Positions 15,978-23,687 of a stretch of 37,574 bases of DNA are shown one piece after another (within the stretch, counting starts at the first letter, position 1; the number at the start of each line of letters is the position of its first letter). A program made the position numbers and the translations under genes. The notes beneath the pieces are model-generated. The model worked only from the letters and a program-made list of their open reading frames with translations, did not search any database and had not been told where the DNA came from. The stretch is from a virus. Where the stretch lies: IMG/VR virus record IMGVR_UViG_3300045988_043612, positions 1-37,574 of that record; one strand, 5' to 3'.

Positions 15978-17987
15978 TTATTTCTTGTAAAAGTAACTTT
16001 CAAATCCTTCCGCGTTCAATGGTATGTCGAAGACCTTTGCCCATTCCGGTAAGATACACATAGCGGTACACACATCATCCAGTGATTCGCCGCCATCTTC
16101 CAATACTTCGTCGATCAATTCATCATGAACGTGCCCCACGATTCCGGAGTCGCCGGGTCGCAAAGATAATACGTTTTTCAATGCGGATGCTAGCAGGTCG
16201 CGCGAAACTGCTTGGATTAAATTCTCCGTCAGCTTTCCGCCGTATGTGTCCAATTCGCACCAAGACCCCGCCGGGCGGCCTTTATCCGCCGTTCCTGCCA
16301 CTCCGTAATAACAGATAGCCTCTACGTCTTTGCTGTCACCATTGGCATACCGGATGGTCTTATGCTTAATCGAGGCGAAAGGGTAGTGCAATGATCTTCC
16401 GGAAGGTAGTCGCATGGCCAACGTGTTGAACTGAGGAATCCAGTAAAAGGTGCAGATGGTTCTTCCGCCGATTACAACCGGAACTTCCCGTTTCGCCATG
16501 ATTGCCCGTTTCGCTGAGTTTTCCAGTTCGCGCCACAACTTCACGATATTTGGTGAAGCGTCCCGCCATCGAAGGATAATACCTTTAATCTCATCCTCCG
16601 GAATAGCTCCTTTCTTGTCCATCGTCTTGATAGCACCCACCCATCCGCCATACCCTAGGGCTAGCTCTGTTACCTTTCCCTGCTGTCGGTATGGTGAGTG
16701 CTTGTCAATGCTAGCCTCGTCCAGTCCGAAGGTACGGGCGGCGGAAGTTATATAGATGTCACCGCCTCGACGGAATGTGTCGATACGCCATTTCTCATCA
16801 GCTAGGCAAGCGATTACGCGGGCTTCGATGGCTGAGAAGTCTGCTACCTTGAACTTGTACCCCTTGCGGGCAATGAATGCGGTACGGAGAAGCTGAGACA
16901 GCAAAGAAGGGATGTTATCATACATTAGAATGAGATCATCCAGTCCTAGGTTCTTCACGTCCTCGCGGGCTGCTTCTAATTCGGCGTCTGTCTCGAAATA
17001 ACTTTTAGTAAGGTTTTGCATCTGCACCATGCGTCCCGCCCAACGTCCGGTACGGTTTGCGCCATAGAAACGGTATAATCCCTTCACTGTGCCATCTTTG
17101 CATACGCAATCTAACATCGCACCGAACTTCGCTACGGATGTCTTGTAGGCGATCTTCCGAGCTGCCAGGACACGTGTAACGTCTTCATTATCGCACTCCT
17201 TGATTATCCCGTCTATCGTATCTTTGTTGATAGAGTCGAACTGCTTTCCGGTCATCGCGAATATGAAATCGTTTATCTGCTTGGATGACTTAAGAGACGC
17301 GATACCGTACTTTTCGCGTACCTTTTCGTTTAAGACATCCATGTAGTTATCAAAGATAGTCTTTGCCTTCGAAGCCAAATGAATGTCTATCCGGCAGCCT
17401 CTATCGTTGATGGCTTGGTCAATAGCATAGTTTTCAACCTCAGAGGCGGGAAACTCGATATGTCTTAGCTTAGCTTCGATTTCACGTTCCGAAAGAATGT
17501 CATATTTCAGATACTTCTTGAAATCTTCCCATTTTTCCGGGTATTCTTCCGGGTAAATGCGCTTTCCACCTTTCTGAGGAATACAGAACAACTTAATAAG
17601 GTTCAGACCTGTATCTAGCTTTCCGTCAGTCAGCTTCATTGCCTGTGACACCTTTCCCAACGATTCGGGAAATCCTGCATACAGGGACAGCGTAGCAGTA
17701 CATCTGAATTTGCTAGCGGGTATATCGTAGCCATATGCACGCAAGCAAAGACGCTCAAACGTAGCGTTGTGGGCATATATAAGGGTATCCGGCTGTTGAA
17801 TGAGGCGGAAGAAGTCGTGGCAATCGTCATATTGCGTTAGGTCTATGCACTGGAACGGTCCATCATCAATTGCGTAACCTATCAGAAGGATTTCGAAATC
17901 CTCTGATTCTACATACCTATACATTCCACCTTTCTTGATGTCCACGTCTGAGTATGTTTCGAAGTCTATAAATATCTTTTTCATCAT
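15978..17987 (-). CDS. Family A DNA polymerase with 3'-5' exonuclease domain (669 aa)
   Basis: Exo I FIDFETYS, Exo II YAHNATFE, Exo III KYLKYDIL. Pol motif A VADFSAIEARV, motif B RQQGKVTELALGYGG, motif C GHVHDELI. Confidence 0.95.
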   Translation of the reverse strand: MMKKIFIDFETYSDVDIKKGGMYRYVESEDFEILLIGYAIDDGPFQCIDLTQYDDCHDFFRLIQQPDTLIYAHNATFERLCLRAYGYDIPASKFRCTATLSLYAGFPESLGKVSQAMKLTDGKLDTGLNLIKLFCIPQKGGKRIYPEEYPEKWEDFKKYLKYDILSEREIEAKLRHIEFPASEVENYAIDQAINDRGCRIDIHLASKAKTIFDNYMDVLNEKVREKYGIASLKSSKQINDFIFAMTGKQFDSINKDTIDGIIKECDNEDVTRVLAARKIAYKTSVAKFGAMLDCVCKDGTVKGLYRFYGANRTGRWAGRMVQMQNLTKSYFETDAELEAAREDVKNLGLDDLILMYDNIPSLLSQLLRTAFIARKGYKFKVADFSAIEARVIACLADEKWRIDTFRRGGDIYITSAARTFGLDEASIDKHSPYRQQGKVTELALGYGGWVGAIKTMDKKGAIPEDEIKGIILRWRDASPNIVKLWRELENSAKRAIMAKREVPVVIGGRTICTFYWIPQFNTLAMRLPSGRSLHYPFASIKHKTIRYANGDSKDVEAICYYGVAGTADKGRPAGSWCELDTYGGKLTENLIQAVSRDLLASALKNVLSLRPGDSGIVGHVHDELIDEVLEDGGESLDDVCTAMCILPEWAKVFDIPLNAEGFESYFYKK

Positions 17988-18001
17988 TCACTTTTTTATT
18001 T

Positions 18002-18039
18002 TATTAAAAATGGCGGCACGCTTCTACTCATGCCGCCAT
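18002..18039 (-). terminator. Hairpin (9-bp stem) with a short T run between the SSB-like gene and the polymerase gene; attenuator or partial terminator
   Basis: ATGGCGGCA (18010-18018) pairs with TGCCGCCAT (18031-18039). The minus strand continues TTTTAATAAAAT. Confidence 0.5.
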
Positions 18040-18132
18040 TTGCACACCTGTTACTTATTGATATAATAAAATGGATTAAATAAAATATGTAGGAATCTTT
18101 GTGTCCGGCGTTCCCTTTTCCGGTTTATTTAG

Positions 18133-18705
18133 TTAGTCGAAGATTGGATCATCGTCCGCACCCGATTCATCATCGAAGTCGTCTTCCACGTTTCCTGCAC
18201 CGCCGCCTCCGAATGCCGTATCATCTTTAACTTTCTGCAAACCATTCAGACCGAATGAAATTCCCTTTCCGCCTGCGTTATCATAGACATAAGCGTCAAT
18301 CGAAGCTACCCCCCATGAACCGGAATAAATATCCTCTTTTCGTGTGATAGGCTGTTTGAACTTGTCAATCACTAGTGGAGCACCTTCTTCTTCTTTGCGG
18401 TAGGCTGAGATTTTAAAGTATCCAAATTCTTCACTGTATTTTGAATCGTCACCGTCAGCGATCGGATTCCATTTCACGCCTGACGCAGTGTTGGGATTCG
18501 GCATAACGAATCTAGGGTGCTCTGCTACGTACTCGTCTTGTAGCTCCTTGATTGTTTTACGAACCTTGTTAATCAGCTCCTTGTCGGTTTTCGGAATCAA
18601 CAAAGTAACTTCGTATCTGTTCTTTCCGGAATTGAATGCGTCTCTCGGTTCGAATACTCTTACCCATGTAAATCTCACATTCTTTAAAACTAATTTTTTT
18701 CCCAT
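18133..18705 (-). CDS. Phage SSB-like protein (DUF2815-type, 190 aa)
   Basis: The N-terminus LKNVRFTWVRVFEP is typical of this family. It has a Gly-rich linker and an acidic tail ending DDDPIFD, like SSB C-terminal tips. Its position next to the nuclease and polymerase also fits. Confidence 0.8.
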   Translation of the reverse strand: MGKKLVLKNVRFTWVRVFEPRDAFNSGKNRYEVTLLIPKTDKELINKVRKTIKELQDEYVAEHPRFVMPNPNTASGVKWNPIADGDDSKYSEEFGYFKISAYRKEEEGAPLVIDKFKQPITRKEDIYSGSWGVASIDAYVYDNAGGKGISFGLNGLQKVKDDTAFGGGGAGNVEDDFDDESGADDDPIFD

Positions 18706-18813
18706 AATCGTAAATTTTTAAATTTGTTGTTATTACTGTTTCTTTAAGACTCTGCAAATATATGACTACTTTCTGAAACTTCCAAATTTTGACAAAAGTC
18801 TTAACATTGATTA
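18706..18813 (-). promoter_or_regulatory. Promoter cassette copy 3 (core conserved, leader diverged)
   Basis: The -7 box TATATTTG is at 18755-18762, the palindrome TTTTGTCAAAA at 18787-18797, and TTAACATTGATTAAC overlaps the stop of the nuclease gene. Confidence 0.7.
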
Positions 18814-19992
18814 ACCTTCTATATCGAAGTCGCTTGCAGTATCCCGCTCGTATTCCTTTCCGGGATGGCTGTCCGGGACTAGTTTAGGCGCTCCGGGCTG
18901 AGATTTCACATACTCGCCTATCTCAGCAGCGAATACTTTCTTTCCCATTAGCTTTTCCAGGTCCGTGATACCTTTCAGTGAGATGTTCAGTACTTCGTCC
19001 TCTAGGTAGGTATTTAGGAGCTTGTCACGCACTTTATCCGGGTCAATGATCTTCCGGGCACTTCGTCCTTCAACTAACTTGTAACCGTCCCATTTCTTGC
19101 CCTTCATGGCTTCGGTGTAGGCGTATTGGTTGATGGATTCAAGCCACGACTTGTATCTGTCGATCTTGCCGATCATCTCAACTATTTCCTCATCCGTCAT
19201 TATCAGCGTATCGGGGTGATCTTCGAAGTCTTTGATAATCTCGTTCTTCTGCGCCCGGCAAGTCGCTTTAACGGGACAAAACTGACACCACGATCCCACT
19301 ACCTGCTCACCCTTTCCTTCGTAGGCTAGCTTAGCTTTCGGTCTTAACACTTTCTCAGCCCAATCGAGTAAATCCCTTGCATCCATCTCGATTGTCTCAA
19401 AATGCTTCAATCTAGGCTGCGCTACGGACATTCGAATACGCTTCACCTTTGGGCCGCCGAACTTGGCTAATACCCCTAAAGCGTACATTTTGAACTGCGG
19501 GCTTTCCGCCGGGACCTTTACACCTTTTCCGTACTTTAGGTCAATGATGTGCACTATGTGTTCGGATATTAAGGAAACGTCAGCGCTTCCGAAAGATTCA
19601 GGTGCGTATTTGGAGATGTCCAACTTTTCCTCTAGGTACGTAGCGACCGAACCACCGAAAGGTCCTTTTTGCATCTCATAAAATTCGCCTGTCACAAAAT
19701 TAACGTAGTGGCTGATAGCCTCCTTCATTTCCTCGGAATAGTACTTGTTTGAGGCGATATTCTCCGGAACGGGTAATTCATCGCATTCGGGGTAGAACGT
19801 TCCGTATATCCAACTTTTCAATGCGTATTCAGCCAATTCGTGGGCTGTTGTGCCTTCTTCCGCGTATTCGCTCGTCTTGCTTCCTGCTGCGTCGGCCAGG
19901 CGGGCAGACGGCGTGCAATTAAGCCATCTTTCAGAAGAGGAAGGGGACAGTATCGCGTGTCCCCTTTCTGAATGGTTTATTACTTTTTGCAT
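18811..19992 (-). CDS. PD-(D/E)XK nuclease, DUF2800/Cas4-like (393 aa)
   Basis: N-terminal HAILSPSSSERWLNCTPS, catalytic-type IIDLKYGKG, and a C-terminal Cys cluster CQFCPVKATC. Confidence 0.85.
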   Translation of the reverse strand: MQKVINHSERGHAILSPSSSERWLNCTPSARLADAAGSKTSEYAEEGTTAHELAEYALKSWIYGTFYPECDELPVPENIASNKYYSEEMKEAISHYVNFVTGEFYEMQKGPFGGSVATYLEEKLDISKYAPESFGSADVSLISEHIVHIIDLKYGKGVKVPAESPQFKMYALGVLAKFGGPKVKRIRMSVAQPRLKHFETIEMDARDLLDWAEKVLRPKAKLAYEGKGEQVVGSWCQFCPVKATCRAQKNEIIKDFEDHPDTLIMTDEEIVEMIGKIDRYKSWLESINQYAYTEAMKGKKWDGYKLVEGRSARKIIDPDKVRDKLLNTYLEDEVLNISLKGITDLEKLMGKKVFAAEIGEYVKSQPGAPKLVPDSHPGKEYERDTASDFDIEG

Positions 19993-20723
19993 AAGTCGTA
20001 GAACTTAGTGTAATCCTGCTTTTTCAGCGTTGAGAAATTAGCGCACCCGCACGCTTCGAAGGCTTCCGCAATCACTTTGCGCTTGTTAGCGGCGATCAAT
20101 TCACGGGCAACGTTACGGAGCATCTCAATCGTGATCTCTTCCTCTTCCGGAGCTTCCTCTTCCGGAGATTCCGGTTCTTCCTGTGGCTTGATGTCTTCTT
20201 GCGGCTTGATATCTTCAGCTTTCTCGGTGGCTTCGTCTTCTTTCTCAGCCTCAGCGATAGCGGATATCAGCAAACCACGTAACTTGGCATTCGTATTCTT
20301 TCCCGGTCTAGTGGTAGGGTCGATCCCAAACGTTTCAAGGGCTTCGAGTAAAACGGTCGTAGGAACGCTCTTCATCTCTTCCTCAGTCATTTTCAAGGCA
20401 TCTTGCACTAATTCAGCGTAATCCTTCGGTCCGTCTTCCGCCTTCTCTTCCTGTGGTTTTTCTATCTCTGCTTTAGCCATTGCGTCAGCGAAATTGGCTA
20501 CCTTCTCAGTCACGATAGGTTCCACCGCGGCGGGCTTACCAATGTTGACCACGCGTCCAGTTTCAAGATCGGTGTACCTCACTCCTGTCCCCAGGGCGGG
20601 TCTGTCGAATGCAGGGATTCCTTCGGCTGCATTATGTTCGTTCGCTAATGCGTGCAGGAAGTCTGATGCACATTTCAATTCACTTCCTCTGCTGTCTCCG
20701 TCAATGCTAATTTCAATTTTCAT
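19980..20723 (-). CDS. Highly acidic hypothetical protein (247 aa) with an EDIKPQ tandem repeat
   Basis: An 18-bp tandem repeat at 20176-20211 encodes EDIKPQEDIKPQ. It is followed by a long Glu/Pro-rich segment. Confidence 0.75.
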   Translation of the reverse strand: MKIEISIDGDSRGSELKCASDFLHALANEHNAAEGIPAFDRPALGTGVRYTDLETGRVVNIGKPAAVEPIVTEKVANFADAMAKAEIEKPQEEKAEDGPKDYAELVQDALKMTEEEMKSVPTTVLLEALETFGIDPTTRPGKNTNAKLRGLLISAIAEAEKEDEATEKAEDIKPQEDIKPQEEPESPEEEAPEEEEITIEMLRNVARELIAANKRKVIAEAFEACGCANFSTLKKQDYTKFYDLCKK

Positions 20724-20727
20724 AATT

Positions 20728-20916
20728 TTACTGTTTTTGATATGTTAAACACTTGTTAATAACTTCGTTTTCGTCTACGCGAATCTTCCCCTGTTGGTTC
20801 TTGTATTCGCTTATGTAACCTTGCCGTATCTTGTAACGGACGGCGTTCTCGGTCAAGCCCATTAGGTGGGCTGCTTCGCTGATTCGTATCAGCTTTGGTT
20901 CTAAATTTCCAGTCAT
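20728..20916 (-). CDS. HTH_17 / excisionase-MerR-like DNA-binding protein (62 aa)
   Basis: LIRISEAAHLMGLTENAVRYKIRQGYISEYKNQQGKIRV fits the winged-HTH pattern of the AlpA/excisionase family. Confidence 0.75.
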   Translation of the reverse strand: MTGNLEPKLIRISEAAHLMGLTENAVRYKIRQGYISEYKNQQGKIRVDENEVINKCLTYQKQ

Positions 20917-20917
20917 A

Positions 20918-21247
20918 TTAAAAATTTTTAGATTTGTGAAACGTACTCAAAAAATCTTTGTACGCCATCTCAACCGCTCCGGCGAATATTGACCTGTACC
21001 GCTCGGCTGTCGGGTAGATGAACTCGCGAATTTTAAATTCAAACTCTTCTCCGCAGTCCTCTAGCGCTAGCTTCTCACGAAACAGTTCCTCAGTTGTCAG
21101 GCGGAGCGGTGAACTAAACAGGTTATACACGTCTGTTGCCTTTAGCTGCGTATTGATATGCAAGCGGGCTTCTTCGTAGTAGAACCGTTCAAGCGCACAA
21201 AGATTAATTTTCTTCTCTCTCATTGCTTCTCGGTTTAATCGTCTCAA
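20918..21247 (-). CDS. Hypothetical protein; start uncertain (TTG at 21247 in the track, first ATG at 21223)
   Basis: This is the first gene downstream of non-coding region B. The frame stays open to 21337 without any ATG. Confidence 0.6.
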   Translation of the reverse strand: MRRLNREAMREKKINLCALERFYYEEARLHINTQLKATDVYNLFSSPLRLTTEELFREKLALEDCGEEFEFKIREFIYPTAERYRSIFAGAVEMAYKDFLSTFHKSKNF

Positions 21248-21323
21248 TCCGTAGGCTGCTCGTATCAGACCTTTCTTGCCGTCTAGGAGGTCGGCGGCAC
21301 GTTTGATTCGTAATTCGATGTTG

Positions 21324-21331
21324 CAAAGATA
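21324..21331 (-). promoter_or_regulatory. Candidate early promoter -7 box TATCTTTG
   Basis: The minus strand reads attaTTGcagattcaaataaaagccgTATCTTTGcaac. A TTG lies 19 nt upstream. Confidence 0.45.
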
Positions 21332-21417
21332 CGGCTTTTATTTGAATCTGCAATAATTTAGGCAAAAGATTTATGGGGATTAACGTTTATTAGTGAATCG
21401 AATGTAAAAATGGGCTT

Positions 21418-21783
21418 GGATAGATGGAATCCCACGTAACTTGCTGAGTATCAGGGGTGATTTTTGAAAGTGGATAGTTTAAAATCTGTTAAATCACTTG
21501 TAAGTTGCTGCAAACCAGTGAGTTAGCTAAAAAGTGGATAGATAGATAGGTGGTTCTCTATAAGTATGGAGGAAAGTGTGTGTTGCGATTGATAAATTAT
21601 AATTACACCCTTATAATACACTACTAAGATTTTCTCCATGTATTATAGTGAAACATCTATCCATCTATCTATATTAAGCTAAATAGCTATAAATGAGACG
21701 ATTCCATGTGAAAGTTAAAAACCCTTCATCTATCCAACAGAATGTTAATCTACTGTAAATGAGCAACTTACATAGATAGATAC
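21418..21783. repeat. Iteron field B: direct-orientation boxes on the left arm, inverted boxes on the right arm, AT-rich palindromic core
   Basis: Left arm: GGATAGATGG 21418-21427, GGATAGTT 21472-21479, GGATAGATAGATAGG 21536-21550. Right arm: ATCTATCCATCTATCTAT 21655-21672, ATCTATCC 21728-21735. Nested inverted repeat 21556-21571 / 21634-21648. AATTATAATT at 21595-21604. Box 2: GTAACTTGCTGA 21436-21447 and GTAAGTTGCTG 21500-21510. Box 3: CTGAGTATCAG 21444-21454. Confidence 0.85.
21727..21775. repeat. 49-bp module copy B1
   Basis: 38 of 49 positions identical to 5324-5372 by hand alignment. Confidence 0.85.
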
Positions 21784-21828
21784 TTGGATACATGAAAGGT
21801 TTGTTAACATGAATTGCTATCTCAGAGA

Positions 21829-22395
21829 TTACAATTCAGTACTAAATTGAACATGAATCGTGCTTTTCGGATTCTGATTGGTGACCGTAGTTCTTATTTT
21901 CGGCTTCCCAATTCTAAAAAAGAGGAACCGTTTCTGCTTAACATGCGAAATAACATCGAGCGTATCCGTAGAACTAAATTCTAATTTAGTGGAATCCGGA
22001 GAAACTACGCCGCTTATTTTGTTCCAGTTATCGTCGTAACTGAATTTATACTGGTTCGGTACGTCCGTTTTCTCTGTTACCACCACCGTATCAACGCGGG
22101 TAACCGTTTCTATAGTGTGTGCCGCCTTAACGTCTCTTAACTTTATACGTAGATCATCTACCTGTTTTGTTAAACGACTGTTAAACAATTCTAGCTCGTC
22201 ACGCTTCAGAGATAATGCTTGGACTGTCTCCGCATCCTTCCCTGCCTTCGTCTTGAACCGTACCGCCTCACTGTTGATAGCCTCGATGTTAGTATCCAGT
22301 CGCTCAATCTCTGCCTTCTGTCGCTCTACCTTATTATATAAGAAGCCTGTTACCGAGATGAGTAACAGGCACGCGATAATTAGATACTTGTTCAT
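21829..22395 (-). CDS. N-terminally anchored coiled-coil protein, spanin-like lysis accessory (188 aa)
   Basis: TM helix YLIIACLLLISVTGFLY is followed by a coiled coil (ERQKAEIERLDTNIEAINSE...). It is the last gene of the holin-amidase cassette and overlaps the amidase gene by 4 nt. Confidence 0.45.
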   Translation of the reverse strand: MNKYLIIACLLLISVTGFLYNKVERQKAEIERLDTNIEAINSEAVRFKTKAGKDAETVQALSLKRDELELFNSRLTKQVDDLRIKLRDVKAAHTIETVTRVDTVVVTEKTDVPNQYKFSYDDNWNKISGVVSPDSTKLEFSSTDTLDVISHVKQKRFLFFRIGKPKIRTTVTNQNPKSTIHVQFSTEL

Positions 22396-22901
22396 GGTGT
22401 TATCACTACGTTTTTAGTGAATGTGCCGTATTCGGCGCGTACATCATAGCAGGGGCACATCTTAATGAATTCGAATGGTTCGACTTCGCCGCTTCCATTC
22501 TTGTCCGGTGACGTATCCCTGTGACCCAGTAGCTCCACGATCGGGTAGCGTTTACATATGTCGTTAATCAATTCGATAAGAGCCGCCTTTTGTTCCGGTG
22601 TGCGGGTATCCTTTGCTTTCCCCGCCCTGTCAAGCCCTCCTACGTAGCAGATACCGATAGAGTGACGGTTATATGACTCCTTGCTGAACCCTTTCGTATT
22701 GCAGTGAGCGCCTACCGCCGTTTCGTTCCTGCCCTTCTCGATTGTTCCATCCAGGCGAATGACATAGTGGTAGCCTATTCCGTTGAATCCGCGCTGTTTG
22801 TGCATCGCGTCAATCTCTTTAGCTCCGATATCCTGCCCTTCTCTAGTGGCGCTACAATGGATAATTATAGCGTCCACCTTGTTACTGTTGTTTACCATCA
22901 C
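22392..22901 (-). CDS. N-acetylmuramoyl-L-alanine amidase (Amidase_2/PGRP-type endolysin, 169 aa)
   Basis: IIIHCSATREG ... GYHYVIRLDGTIEKGR ... GAHC ... ELLGHRD ... CPCYDV: zinc-amidase signature residues in the canonical order. Confidence 0.9.
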   Translation of the reverse strand: MMVNNSNKVDAIIIHCSATREGQDIGAKEIDAMHKQRGFNGIGYHYVIRLDGTIEKGRNETAVGAHCNTKGFSKESYNRHSIGICYVGGLDRAGKAKDTRTPEQKAALIELINDICKRYPIVELLGHRDTSPDKNGSGEVEPFEFIKMCPCYDVRAEYGTFTKNVVITP

Positions 22902-23163
22902 CTTCCTCCCTAGGTTTAAAGTTAGTAATTGCTTTATTGACCTTGCTTGTCACGTAAATAGATACGCCGAAAATCGATCCCGCATAAATCAGGCATTGTG
23001 CGAAAAACCACAATACCGAATCCTGGATAGCGCCTACCGGTGCCACGAAGAACCCCGCTGTCGACAAGCCAACGCCTGCCATGAGCATTCCCACCGCCGT
23101 CCAAACCTGGATATCCTCCTTAGTTTCCCTTTTCATTCTCTTGTAAGTTAAGTTATAAAGCAC
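22882..23163 (-). CDS. Putative holin (93 aa)
   Basis: Two long hydrophobic helices (VWTAVGMLMAGVGLSTAGFFVAPVGAI and VLWFFAQCLIYAGSIFGVSIYV) and a charged C-terminus. It lies directly upstream of the endolysin and overlaps it. Confidence 0.65.
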   Translation of the reverse strand: MLYNLTYKRMKRETKEDIQVWTAVGMLMAGVGLSTAGFFVAPVGAIQDSVLWFFAQCLIYAGSIFGVSIYVTSKVNKAITNFKPREEGDGKQQ

Positions 23164-23687
23164 ACTCTATAAGGTTTCACAGGATTACAACAGTCATTTT
23201 CGGAAGGTGCTTGAGAGTTTCGATATAGCTCGTATACGGCTTGGAAATCCTCTATAAAGGCGTCCGCTTTCCCGCGTTCCTCCTCCCATCTTTTGTTCTT
23301 GTTATAATCGGGTAGTATTACAGAGTTGCCGTATTGTTGAATTTTCAATCCCGTTGATGTACTTTTCTGATCCGCCGATTTAAGGTATCGGACGAACGCG
23401 TAGTAACATAGGATAGTGGAAAGGGGTACGATATCGTAGATTTTTCCGCCTATATCAACATCCAACGAGTAGTCAGAATCAGTATCAGTCCCGGCGGGTA
23501 TATCGGTCAGACCCTTTCCGCCTCCTAGTTCCATCGGAACAGAGCTAAACGTATCACCGCAAAGAGCTACCTTTATATCGAGCTTGTCTGCCTCTTGGAT
23601 ACACTTGTTTAGTTCTGTGTCCTTCACGTCCGCAGCGATATCGAATATCTCGCGGAACTTCTTAAGTACTGGTACAAAATTACTCAT
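23148..23687 (-). CDS. Hypothetical virion-module protein (179 aa), possible head-tail adaptor
   Basis: Lies immediately after the portal gene. No diagnostic motif. Confidence 0.6.
   Translation of the reverse strand: MSNFVPVLKKFREIFDIAADVKDTELNKCIQEADKLDIKVALCGDTFSSVPMELGGGKGLTDIPAGTDTDSDYSLDVDIGGKIYDIVPLSTILCYYAFVRYLKSADQKSTSTGLKIQQYGNSVILPDYNKNKRWEEERGKADAFIEDFQAVYELYRNSQAPSENDCCNPVKPYRVCFIT

Noticed and set aside
20728-20916. Temperate lifestyle / excision module inferred from excisionase-like HTH proteins
   Set aside because: No integrase, recombinase, repressor-like divergent gene pair or att-like host sequence is visible, and all genes are co-oriented. The HTH_17 fold is also common in plain regulators.
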